Part shown: positions 1-12,325 of the stretch, one piece after another
Layout: each line of letters starts with the position of its first letter
Numbering within the stretch: the first letter of the stretch is position 1
NCBI RefSeq assembly: GCF_000181795.1
Contig: NW_003526941.1
Location: 7,106,043-7,170,042 of the forward strand
DNA length: 64,000 nt
DNA from: Trichinella spiralis
Taxonomy: Eukaryota
Reading direction: 5' to 3'
Made by a program: the position numbers and the translations under genes
Notes under the pieces: model-generated
The model's database searches: none
Seen by the model: the letters and a program-made list of their open reading frames with translations, nothing else
What the model was told of the DNA's origin: nothing

Positions 1-172
1 ATTTAGCCCCAGGCGTCGCCTCAGGCTATGCCCCAGGGCAAATAAAAATTTGCATATTCCCGCAGGCTACGCCGAAAGCATTTTATTGCACAATATTTGC
101 CTTCAGGGGGATATGCAAATTTTCTTTTGCTTTCAGGCTATGCCCAGGGCATTCCCTCAGGTATTTTTTTCG
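1..172. repeat. Short GC-rich imperfect repeats (CCTCAGGCTATGCCCCAGGGCA-like)
   Basis: cctcaggctatgccccagggca (19-40), cgcaggctacgcc (61-73) and tttcaggctatgcccagggca (131-151) in AT-rich context; may be truncated by the window edge. Confidence 0.6.
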
Positions 173-279
173 AAAATTTGCATAATTCAGCACCCGCTCC
201 TTATTTCTGCAATTTACGTCTTACAATTACCCCACTACTTAACTGCGCTTTCCCGTACTCCACTCAGCGTAGAGTAACG

Positions 280-540
280 CCTCGTACTTACCTGCAGTCC
301 ATTTACCTTTAACTTATACTTACCAGCCTTATACTTACCTATACCTATTATTATACTTACCTGCAACCTACCTTTTCATTCTACTCACCTGCACCCTACG
401 TTATCGTACTTAGCTTCAGTACTTACCTGCAGTCCATTTACCTGCACGCAATCACTTTAATATATCCTCTTCGACTCTACTTACCTGCATTCCACTTACC
501 TGTGCGCTGTTACTTTGATCTTACGTACCAGTATTTTACG
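280..540 (-). repeat. Degenerate array of ACTTACCTG motifs (CAGGTAAGT on the minus strand)
   Basis: About 8-10 exact or near-exact copies: tacttacctgcag at ~285 and ~420, atacttacct at 331, atacttacctg at 353, tacttacctgc at ~478, cacttacctg at ~493. Confidence 0.85.
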
Positions 541-1374
541 CTATCATATCTTTAGTGCTCTTAATGGAGATTGTAAAAGAGAATTCTAAAAAATAAAATT
601 AGAAATTCTAAAAGATTCTAAAAAGACATGCCATGATTCTAAAATTCATAGTTGAATATAGTTGAATTGAATAAAACAGATATAGATAACAGGTATATAA
701 TAATAATAGAAATAAATATAACAGCAGCATAATAAAAATAACCACTTACGTTATTCGATGGAGATCATTCAAGATGCGGCTTTCGTCTTCACAGTTACGC
801 ACTAAAACATTAAATACAATTCTCCTACAAAAAAACAATGCAATTCTTCCTTACCTTGCGTGACAAGGAAAAACATCAGAACCGTTGAGAGTGCCATCAG
901 CTGCGACTAAACAAAAATTTTCTGATGATGACGTAATCCATTGCTATCAAGAACAAAATGCTGGAATGTACAGCGACCTGTTCTCTTTATTTAACATATT
1001 TCATTGCTGCCATAATATCAAATTCCTTCTTACTATTTGTGATAAGCAAAGGCACTCTGGGACGGCTAGGAAACGCCTTTACGTCCATTTGATTCGCTTG
1101 ATGTTAATGTAATGCTGTCATGGATAAAATGTGCACATTTTACGTATCCAACTGCAATCAGAAGCAAGTTAAATACTTACGGATGTTTGTGATGCCACAT
1201 TTAGAACAAACCGATGTGAACATGACTAATCACGGTGCCCAGAACGAAAGGAACTTGAGAACAGTTCAGCTAATGATGTTATCCTGTTATTAGAGATATT
1301 CATGTATTCATATTCATATTCAATAGATATTCAATTTATCCATGTACCACTCGCATTCTCCAGCTATCTAATTA

Positions 1375-1981
1375 NNNNNNNNNNNNNNNNNNNNNNNNNN
1401 NNNNNNNNNNNNNNNNNNNNNNNNNNNNNNNNNNNNNNNNNNNNNNNNNNNNNNNNNNNNNNNNNNNNNNNNNNNNNNNNNNNNNNNNNNNNNNNNNNNN
1501 NNNNNNNNNNNNNNNNNNNNNNNNNNNNNNNNNNNNNNNNNNNNNNNNNNNNNNNNNNNNNNNNNNNNNNNNNNNNNNNNNNNNNNNNNNNNNNNNNNNN
1601 NNNNNNNNNNNNNNNNNNNNNNNNNNNNNNNNNNNNNNNNNNNNNNNNNNNNNNNNNNNNNNNNNNNNNNNNNNNNNNNNNNNNNNNNNNNNNNNNNNNN
1701 NNNNNNNNNNNNNNNNNNNNNNNNNNNNNNNNNNNNNNNNNNNNNNNNNNNNNNNNNNNNNNNNNNNNNNNNNNNNNNNNNNNNNNNNNNNNNNNNNNNN
1801 NNNNNNNNNNNNNNNNNNNNNNNNNNNNNNNNNNNNNNNNNNNNNNNNNNNNNNNNNNNNNNNNNNNNNNNNNNNNNNNNNNNNNNNNNNNNNNNNNNNN
1901 NNNNNNNNNNNNNNNNNNNNNNNNNNNNNNNNNNNNNNNNNNNNNNNNNNNNNNNNNNNNNNNNNNNNNNNNNNNNNNNNN
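1375..1981. other. Assembly gap (run of N)
   Basis: Contiguous n characters. Confidence 1.
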
Positions 1982-2239
1982 GATGATCGCATTAATATGA
2001 ATGCACTTTAGAATTGGCAATTTTTATATCCATATCAAGGAATTAAAAAAATCCTATCATGAGAAGATGATCCCACTTTGCTTCGTAATTATTTTCATCT
2101 GCTGCTTATTTGCAATCTTGTTTATTCCCGTGAAATTTCAATAAAAATGATGGCCAACAAGCAGCTGCGCAAAATGATTATTTGCGAGATATTTAGATTG
2201 CAAGTTAGCAATGCCATCAGCAGCACGTCTGTTATTGTA

Positions 2240-3830
2240 TTCGTACGTGCAACGTAATGTAAGTAATATTGTGGATTGGTTGCCTTTGATTTTAGTAAAT
2301 TTGAAATTTGAATTTTACATTAGAAATATAGATTTTTAGATGTGCAAGATAATACAACGCAATATCTGGAAAGTGTGGGTAAAAAATATTCTGTTTATAT
2401 GACACTAATTACTTATTAAATAATTTCAACTTTCTTTATTTTTTGCTGAATTGTCTTCATTGGTATATCATCAAAGACGTAATGCAGCTATATTTATTTC
2501 TGTTCTATGTATTACGTTGCTTGCGCTTTGTATGAACACAGGATAGCGGTTGAAATGAGACTTGTGAGAAACAGCCATATTATAAAAAGTGATTGAAGCC
2601 GAATAACAGTGCATCACGATATTTGAATTTCATTTATTTTGTAATCCAATGTTTTATTTTGCTGTGTTATTTAGTATCTATTTTTTAGTTCGACTATTGC
2701 TCTGTTCATGTTTCTACCGTGATCAGTCATGTGTCTCAACAGTTCCGCTTTCTGGTTTTCTTCATCGTCATAGTAAGAAAGAATTTTATGCACTTCGTTA
2801 TAGCAACGGGTTGTGTCAAGGCAGTGCAACTATTTCTATGAACTTGAATATCTTTCTCTAATGGTGGTTCGGGTTTCCCTCAGTGGATTGAAAAGATGTA
2901 CAAAAATCTGTAAGTAATTGAGTATCTACAATCTGTTACTATTATTAATGTCTTCTAATTCCACTTATATCTGATCCTGTATGCTTCTTGTGATCGAATT
3001 AAATAGTGTACGTCAACATAATTAAAACGTTTTGGAATTCCTGTTGTTCTTGCCAACATGGTATGTCACCTTTATCTCAATGCGTCCTAAATGTGCCATC
3101 ACAAAAATAAGTACACATTTTGCCCATTATAGGAATAGGATTGCATCATCAACATCGAGCTCGTTCATACTCTTGCGTTGGTTTAGGTTGGCTTAATGGC
3201 GTTACTCAGTATTGGTCCAGAAATCTGTGTGGCTTCGCTTATCACAGGAGTACGGTATAATTAAATAATGATTGTAATAGTAGCATATATCGTGAATATA
3301 GTCGATTTGCACTGGTTTTCGGATACATCATACAAGTTTGGTAGTGCGTGTTGCCATCAGTGCGTTTGGTGAGTATTTTTGTAGAGTATTATGTGAGTGG
3401 GTAAGTTTTAGTATTTTGTAAATAGAGATTTTGTTTTTTATTGATGAGTGATAGTGTTCACACCGCGGTGTTGCTTATCACATGCTTAAGATGTTTAATT
3501 GAAAATTTCAGCGCGTAACTGTTGAGATGCTTGCATCCTGAAAGACAAGTGTTGTATGACTAGCAGGTAGTTTTTCTAAAAAATTTGTATAAATTAAATT
3601 AAGTATTTAAATTTGTAAATAATTAAGAAACAACGATGCACTGTTGTCTTCAATTAATTTTTTATAATATGGCTGTTTTATATCAATTTTGTTTCACATG
3701 CTTTTCTTCTCAGCACACTTGTTTTGCAAATATTTTCAGAATCAAATTAAGTTTAGATATAGATGAATGAAATTGCTGCATTCTTTGGTAACTATCCATT
3801 ACTGAACATGTGGTTTTTTTTACAAAGATT
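2240..3830 (+). repeat. Left arm of a long degenerate inverted repeat (partner ~5130-6420)
   Basis: 3060-3150 (gtatgtcacc...ttgcccattataggaat) is the reverse complement of ~5745-5840 (attcctataatgggcaaaa...gacataccatgttggc). 3340-3365 (gtagtgcgtgttgccatcagtgcg) pairs with ~5497-5520, 3631-3680 with ~5260-5306, and ~2385-2450 with ~5930-5950/6275-6320. Outer boundaries approximate. Confidence 0.8.
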
Positions 3831-4116
3831 CGTAATCACGTCGATAAATACGTCATCACAAAGCACTACCACCAGTTGACGCTCAGTTTGACGACGTATG
3901 TACATTTTATTTTTAAATACTATGAAAGTTGTAAACTGTAAATTTTGTCGTTTTAGTTTTTCAGGTTTTTATAATTTTGCTTTACATAATTTTTTCATAA
4001 TTGATTTTTATAATTTTTTATAATTATTGTTTGGTACTATATTATTATTATTATTATTATTGTAGTAAATAGCTTAAAGTGTAAATCTAAGGTTAAAAAG
4101 ACAAAGAAGCAGACTA

Positions 4117-4751
4117 TGGGTAAGTATGAAGATAAATAGGTAAGTAGTCTAATAGTTAAGGGTAAGTCAGGTAAGAATAGGTGTGAAGGTAAGTACCGGA
4201 TAGTTGAAGGTAAGTGGTATGAAGGTAAGTATAAGTGTGAAGGTAAGTACCGGATAGTTGAAGGTAAGTGGTATGAAGGTAAGTATAAGTGTGAAGGTAA
4301 GTACCGGATAGTTGAAGGTAAGTGGTATGAAGGTAAGTATAAGTGTGAAGGTAAGTACCGGATAGTTGAAGGTAAGTGGTATGAAGGTAAGTATAAGTGT
4401 GAAGGTAAGTACCGGATAGTTGAAGGTAAGTGGTATGAAGGTAAGTATAAGTGTGAAGGTAAGTACCGGATAGTTGAAGGTAAGTGGTATGAAGGTAAGT
4501 ATAAGTGTGAAGGTAAGTACCGGATAGTTGAAGGTAAGTGGTATGAAGGTAAGTATAAGTGTGAAGGTAAGTACCGGAATAGTTGAAGGTAAGTGGTATG
4601 AAGGTAAGTATAAGTGTGAAGGTAAGTACCGGATAGTTGAAGGTAAGTGGTATGAAGGTAAGTATAAGTGTGAGGGTAAGTACCGGATAGTGACGTAAGT
4701 GGTATGAACGTAAGTATAAGTTGTGAGGGTAAGTACCCGGATAGTTGAAGG
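4117..4751 (+). repeat. 54-bp tandem satellite GTGTGAAGGTAAGTACCGGATAGTTGAAGGTAAGTGGTATGAAGGTAAGTATAA, ~10.5 units
   Basis: Units start at 4181, 4235, 4289 and so on. Each has three subunits containing GAAGGTAAGT. Degenerate lead-in at 4117-4180; the array runs into an N gap. Confidence 0.97.
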
Positions 4752-4761
4752 NNNNNNNNNN
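4752..4761. other. 10-N scaffold gap
   Basis: Ten n characters between oppositely oriented arrays. Confidence 1.
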
Positions 4762-4860
4762 CTTCTCACTTATACTTACCTTCCTCTTGTACACAACTTA
4801 CCTTCTCACTTATACTTACCTTCACCCTGTTCACTACTTACCGAACTTACCTTTACATTT
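4762..4860 (-). repeat. Related splice-donor-motif array in inverted orientation
   Basis: cttctcacttatacttaccttc occurs twice, plus caacttacc, tacttaccg and aacttacct; this is close to the reverse complement of GAAGGTAAGTATAAGTG. Confidence 0.85.
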
Positions 4861-5129
4861 ACGAACTTCACATTTTCCTATGTCTGCTTAGACTTATTTT
4901 TAAACATTCCGTTATAGGCAACAAGGCTAAGTAAACAGCCATGTTGCCTTCAACTGAATGTCGGAATCTGGATCTAAACTATTCTTGCCAAAACGTACCT
5001 GAAAAATTCAAGCAAACTTTACAATTAACGTACGCAGCATGCAAAAGTCAAATGCTTACTGATCTGCTTCTGACTGACGGAGCATCAACTGATGGCAAGC
5101 CTTTGCCCTGTGTAAAGTGTAAAATTTTA

Positions 5130-6420
5130 AAACAACCGCATGTTCAATAACGTATAGTTAGTTACGAAAGAATGCAGAATGCATAGTTATCTAAAATTTG
5201 AACTAACTTATTTGCAAAGTGTTGTGAAATGTAAAAGCATGTTAAATAAAACTGATACAAAACAGCCATATTATGAAAATTGAAGACGAATAAGAGTGCA
5301 TCGTTGTTCCTTATTTAATAAGTATACAAATATGCAAAAAAATTACTTCTTACATTTGCTGGTTATTCAGTTGCAGTTTCGGGCAAAAACGTTCAATTAA
5401 ACATTCTTAGTCTGTGATAAGCCACACGGCATTGTGACCACTCTCACTCAAAATAAACAGAACTGCTACTTACTAATTTGTCAATCACTTTCGAACCGCA
5501 CTGATGGCAACTCACACTACCAAATTTATAGAATACACACGGACACCAGCGCAAATGAACTGTATTCACGATCTGCTGTTATTACAAAGCATTTAATTAA
5601 CAAACTTACAATAACTAACAATTATACAAACTTACAATAAAGGAAACCACACCGATTATCATTATCATATTACTGGGTAATGCCAGTACACCAACTTCAA
5701 CTGACGCAGAGCGCGATTAGTATGAAAACATATCTTGTTGATGTGGATGATGCATTGCATTCCTATAATGGGCAAAAGCTATACGTACGTATTTTTGTGA
5801 TAGCACATTTAAACGCATTGATATAAACTTGACATACCATGTTGGCCAGAGCGACAGGAATTAGAAAACGGTTCAATTATGATGACGTAGGCTAATTCAA
5901 TAAAACATTAGATTACAAAATTTCTGATAAATAGTGTTATATAAACAGAATATACTTTCCCTTCACTCTTACCAGATATTGCATTGCAGGAAATATAGTT
6001 GTACACCTAAAAAGCAACATTTCCAATGTAATACTGAAACTTCAAACTTACTAACGTCAAACATAACCAATCTACGTTATTACTTACATGATGCCATGGC
6101 TAGGATTAAAGTGATGTGGAATTGATGACGTAGCCAACATACAATCTGTACCCGAAAATCAAAATGATGACAAACAAACAGCAGTGCAAAATTTTGATGC
6201 ACAGTTACCACATACAGATACTTTTCATAATCAGGTTATTACATTACATAATAGCTGATCATAATGATGAATAATGAAAGTTGAAATTTTCTGAAAAGTA
6301 ATTAATAAAGTGTTATATAAATTGAAACAACTTCTGTATCTCAAACATCTGAAAAACTGTATTTCCAATTAAATTTCATATCTTGAAGTTATTCAAATCA
6401 AGGCCACCTAATCTAGAATA
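5130..6420 (-). repeat. Right arm of the long degenerate inverted repeat
   Basis: See the 2240-3830 entry. It also contains a degenerate tandem duplication (aagtgatgtgga...cgtagc...tacaatct at ~6109 and ~6460). Confidence 0.8.
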
Positions 6421-7637
6421 TTATCCACATGTTTTAATTGTGCGATGCAGTTAAGATTCAAGTGATGTGGAGTTGAAGGCGTAGCAAATCTACAATCTAA
6501 ATTTCACACGATAATTTCAAAAAGCCGTGCAAAATTATAATAATGCATAGTTACCATAATCACTTACTTTTCAGAATCTCTTTGTTTGTTTGTCTCTATT
6601 TGATCATTGATATGAATATAAATTCTGAAAGTAAATTATATTAATGCCGTCATTTAAAACTAAAAAACAGAAATGCGAACTTCTTCGTCTTCAACATTTG
6701 ATGTATCTGAAAGTTAGCAATAACAACACGAGAAAAAGACCTGTCAGTTTCCATTCACCAAATTAGTAAAGTAACATGCATAGCATACCACCACCAAAAT
6801 ATCAAATCCAACTTACCACTATTTCCTTGTTCGTTTTGAAGAGCGGAAATATAGTTGACAAAGCGCCTGACGGACAGCAATCCAGTGAACAGAATAACCT
6901 AAAGTAATCAAAGTACTCTGATTAAACGTATAATAAGTAAATTATGCAAATGACTATTTACTTTGCCTCCGGAAGAACAACCTAATTCACCATCAGTAAT
7001 AGCGCAGTGCAATGAATTTTATGAACAACGTTACTAAACGAGACGATGAAATTTATTACGTTTTTATTTACACACTTCACATTAATACGTAATATTGCAG
7101 TATTACGTAACAGAGCATTATTATGCAAATTTATTTTAATAAAATTAGCTGAAACGAAAATTTATTAACGTAAAGCATTACAAATTACTAAAAATAACTG
7201 AAAATGCTTCTATTGCGTTGATAGAATTTAGCTGCTTGAAAGTAGGAGGTGATACAATAATTATATTTTGCCAATATTTTCTTGAAATCAAAATTACATA
7301 GATAATAAAAAATGATTTCAGCTTCAAATAGCTCCAAAAATAATTTATCTCAGCGCAAAATTTCATGAGTGATGCAGCGTAGGCAGTGGGATGGCAAACA
7401 GTTATGCCAGTGGCTATGCTGCTTGGAAGCTCATTTCAACTTGCCGCTTTCATATGGTAACTTATTACAAGACTGTTAACTTTGTTGAGCGCTGAGTTAA
7501 CACAGCTTCATACAATTAGAGATATATCTACTTAAAAAAACTGTGTAACGCAACGTTTCAAACTTAGGCATGATTTCACGACATCACACATATATATCAC
7601 TATACTATATCAAATGATAGCAGTTTAGAGAAATCAG

Positions 7638-7675
7638 ATATATATATATATATAGATATATATATATATATATAT
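7638..7675. repeat. (TA)n microsatellite
   Basis: Interrupted TA run. Confidence 0.95.
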
Positions 7676-8920
7676 CAGATCACATCAGCTAAGCGCAGTT
7701 CATTCAGCTCGAAATTGTGGGGAGGGGTGGGTAGAATTTTCAATTGGAAAGCAAGGCGGGACAACAAAAGAGGAAGGAAGGAGGGAGAACTTGCAGGATG
7801 GAGGGGGTGAAAGTTGTCAGAATGTGAATCACATTCCTTCACTCAACTTTCACGGAAAACAATCAGGCGTTCCTTCATTTATCAATAATGACAACATTAA
7901 TGGAGATATTGAGTTATTTTCTCAATGATAAAAAACAGTGGGATCTATAAGTCTGTGCTATTGGCAATACAATGGCATCATAGGGTCTTAAGGATGAAGT
8001 GAACGTTAGTGCCATTCTGAAAGTTTCAAGAATGGTGGTTAAAACTGTGTTTTCTAGCTAACAGCAACTTTCCCATGCCATGCTGAAACAATTCTGTTCG
8101 CAAATTGATCAGTTTAGAGCATTTAGGGGTGTGATTTCTCTATCCCGGTGACAGACAGTTCCATTAAACAGTTGGCCAAGTATTTTACCTCAGCAGTAAA
8201 TATCACAGAAGGGATTAAAGATAATGTGGGAGTGGTTCAACGACTATGTCAATACTATTTTACAAATGCATTTGTAAGGACTATTGAGAATTGTAGATCT
8301 ATATATTATTACTACTATATATTACGGCTGGAAATTGTCGTGTCTGTAATAAAGTATTGATTATTAATTGAACATCATTAGAAAAAAAGCGCGTTAGGTT
8401 ACATCCTAAAAATTAAACTTAAACAATTACAGCAAGATGTAAAAGCGGGCATGCTTAGCGAATCGTGGGAAAAGACGGAACGAAAACAAAGTATAAAAAA
8501 CAGCAAGTATGTAAAAATTCATACCTGTTAGCAGGACTGCCTGAGCCATACATTTTTCCAACTGAGTTTCGTGATTTCATCAGTTTCACAAACTCAACGT
8601 ATTTGTTGAAGTGAAGCACCAAATTGACCAAATAACGCAATGCAGTGAGTAATTAGAACGTTCCTCAGCAACGAATAATTAAATAATAGTGCAGTTCTCT
8701 CAATAAACAGAAATTTATATGAGGAAAATCACTTCCGGGTTTGGATGGCACAAAGTGCACGTAGCAAAATGCCATCGGCAGTGTTCACCTTCATTCACAT
8801 TAGCATAAAGTTACTCTGCTGACCTACAAATGCATGTATGCTTTGAAAACGTGAGGTAATGTAATGGGCTAGCAACAAAGACTATAATAATTGTTGAACA
8901 ACAACAAAATCCTCAATACG

Positions 8921-9109
8921 TTACAGATGAAAGTCTCTATCAATCTCAAATAATATTAGGACGTAATGGAAAGAAGCATAAAAAACTGTTACGCAAATGA
9001 AGCTGAGCAGTAACGTTAATCGTACGTAAATTAAACAACAATCAACTATTAGTTCAGGATCGCTGCCTACGCAAGCAATAATAGTCAGCATGATAATAAT
9101 ACACTGCAA
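8921..9109 (-). pseudogene. Possible decayed exon of a 7TM/GPCR-like gene
   Basis: The hydrophobic translation DCCLIYVRLTLLLSFICVTVFYASFHYVLILFEIDRDF resembles a TM3 (Cys ... DR motif). I could not build an intact multi-exon frame. Confidence 0.3.
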
Positions 9110-12100
9110 TGAATACCATTTTCAACAGAGTTAACTTATTAATTTCAAAGAACCGATTGCTTAGTTATCATTTAGCAGTTATATATTCAATATTTATTTC
9201 AAGCATTATTACAATGTCATTCAATAAAAAAAACTGTAACTTACAAAAATAGTCAACTTCCCATCATTTGGAGATACATGTTCTGAAGAGTTGCACAACC
9301 TGATTGGCCATATTGAATATAAATGATGATGCTTGTCAGGTTTCCTTTGAAGTCGTCCTTTATTCTGATGTTGCAGGACACCATCCGCCTACAAATATTC
9401 CAAAATCATCCTCACAACAAAATTTAGAATTCATCAATTGATGTAAATTGAAATCATACACAACATGATCATCGATGAGTTATACTTGATAATTAATATT
9501 TGATTTTCTTTTCGTAAATGAATATTTCCATGAAAATTGTGTTAAACAGGTAGAACGCCTACTTTTTGTTATGCACAGAAAACAATCTCCGTGACCGTTG
9601 ATGCATAATCATTCAAACAACAAGATATGAGATAGAACTTTCCAATATTAACGATAATATTGCTTCGCACATCTAGAAGCGATTGGATAGCCCAAATAAG
9701 GTAAATTAAATAAAGCTATTAATTTACTTTCAAAGCAAATGTTACGTGAATTATTTCATCACTGTTAGGTGCGTCTCGCTAGCATGCAAATTTTCATGCG
9801 TGCATTGTCTTACCGTTTGTTTGCTTAGCAACTATAGCTCGCCATCAGCGTCGGCTTCTAATCTATAAAAAAGCTTCATTGGATATTCTTATTTTTCAAA
9901 AAATTTATAATATCTAGTAATGAGGAATAACGTAATTGATATTATTGTAAAATTGTATCAAGTACATTGCCTTCAGTGTGATTTTAGATTAACAGTCGTG
10001 AAAATTTTTGTTTGCATAACAAAAAGAAATGCAGGCACAGAAAGACTTGTTTACAAAAAAATGCATAAAAATTCATGTTCGAGTGATGTGCATACGCTTA
10101 CCTGGCTTCACATTTAATGGTGTTACGGTTTAGTACGGTGGGTAGGGAATGTGTATTGTCGTGGAATTGGAAAATCAAATTTATTAATGGGATACTAACT
10201 GAATTAAATGTCAGCCCTGCAAAAATTAAATTAATTAATGCGTTTTTCCTCACGTTTTACAGAAAATATAAAATCATCAAATGATGACAAAGTAGTGCAA
10301 GAACAAAATCAGCCGTAATTTATTCTAAATGCAAATATGGTAAAATTGCGCAATTTGAAATAACAGATTCACTACAAGTCTTTTCTTATTGACATATATG
10401 CTAACGTTATTTGAAAAATAAGTGGAAATAACATGCACGCAAACGGCAGCAAATTATAAGCATTAATTGTAATAATACAAAAAGTATGCAATCTTAAGAT
10501 CGTTCATCAAATATACAGTAGCATTGAGTGTAATGTATGACAGCAATATTGTCATTTACGATTCAACGAGAGCACAGTCACCAACCACTCCAAGAGTCAA
10601 AGGCCACTTTCTGCCATGAAGCATTTACGCGATCTGGTTTGGGATACGAATTTGGCGGTTCAGAGTGTATGATCCGCTCTGAAGCGAAATATCCACTGAA
10701 ATTCAGGAAGGCAGGCAAGCTGGCTTCTTACCTCTGTAAGAGTCGTAACAAAACATATTAATTACGTTTTTGTAATGAAGAATCTTGATGTCGACATGAG
10801 AAACTGCAGGAAAATAATGCAAACAATTTTGAGTGAAAATCAAAAAAATGAGCAAAAGAATGAAATCAAAGTGTGAACAGCTTTGAAAAATCAAAGAAAA
10901 TTAAAAGAAAATAAAGCATGTTGATTGATAAAATATGAAAAAAGGTATAATGTGACGATAAATATTGAATTACATTGAAAAAGCAATGAGCAATATGTTC
11001 AACAAATATCAAAAATATTTAACAAAGAAAAAATAAATGTCACATAATTGACGGAAAATTAAAACTATTCCAATGTTCAGTCACCACAACCGATCAATGC
11101 TAACATCCATCTCGTCCATTGATTGTAGCCTTTCCATTTGGCATATCTTCTCCATGCACAACCTATTACGGTTCGTTACGTGTTTACAAATTTGTATGCA
11201 TTGTATTATGAGTCGCTTTATTTCAAATTATCGTCAAAATAAAAGTGAACCAAAAGAGTAATAGCTGGGAATTTTGGAAAGAAAATCAAAAAGGAACATA
11301 TAATAAGAGTTTTTAATAAAAGAAAAAATCATTTTTCAAAAAGGTAGAATGAAAATAATTTAATTAATGAAAACAATAAAAAGATGTGTGTCTTGAAATT
11401 AAGCTATGCGATAAATGAAAATAAATAAATGTTTACAAATGAAAAAAATCTCAAAATATTCCGACTCATGAAAACAATTGCATACAACGATTTTGCTGCG
11501 TCAAAGCCAAAATACTGCATTATTTCAAATCTCATCCATACAGATTTGTCCCTATCGTAATTAAACTACCGGATAACTTCATCCTTTCGAAGTATCCCCA
11601 CACCAGACCAACGGAATTAGGACCCACGGGAAACTTGAGATACCTTCTATTTTCCGTTCTGTTTCCTATCGATTGCGTCTACATTCTACTTCGAATCTCT
11701 TAAAATTTCAAACATTAAATCTAACGCTCACGTTAATACGCAGTGGAAGGTATAAATAATATTTTGGAGAATGTAATTTTAAAATTATTCTAACATATTG
11801 CTTTTCAATTACACAGAAAGTTCACGAAATAGAATAATTATAGATTCAACACTCATTTTTTATTTATAATATGAAGTTAACGCGATCAATTGAAAAATAA
11901 TGCGACTTTCCTCTATATGAGCCTTCTCATCGTTGAATTTCATCACGTTCTTCTACTGTAATTCTAAATCATGATGAATTATTTACATATAATTGAATTA
12001 AAAGAAAACGAAAAGTTTATCTGCTTCATAGATGCTCATCCTGCTTTCCACTGATTCCTAATCTTTTTTCAGTCATCGCACATCGTTACTCTGCAGTTCC

Positions 12101-12325
12101 TTGAAATGATACTCACTGATTGATCGCAACCGAATGCTGCTATTACACAGCACGTCAGCAAAGAAAACAAACATCACTCTGCTACTGTGATAACACTAGC
12201 GTTTAGAGGACAGCTGATTTGAATAAATGAAAAATAACCTTAGTGTGGTGTTATATAACTTCACTTATGCGCCACAAATGGAAAAACATGCATAGCTTCA
12301 CAAGTTGAAAATTTTTTCACCCTTA

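Noticed and set aside
353..520. U1 snRNA gene or SL RNA gene
   Set aside because: The match is limited to the first 11 nt of U1; no U1 stem-loops or Sm-site organisation follow, and the motif is simply repeated.
1302..2020. ORFs of 206-232 aa
   Set aside because: Almost entirely X residues from the N gap.
4181..4751. CRISPR-like array
   Set aside because: No unique spacers, the units are identical, and the context is eukaryotic with no cas genes.
4156..4794. 200-212 aa repetitive ORFs (GTYLHTYTYLHTTYLQLS)n
   Set aside because: By-product of a 54-bp (multiple of 3) satellite. The ORFs cross an N gap and shift frame at a 1-bp insertion.
7715..7812. G-rich purine patch as a G-quadruplex or promoter
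   Set aside because: G-runs are irregular and widely spaced, and no associated gene was identified.
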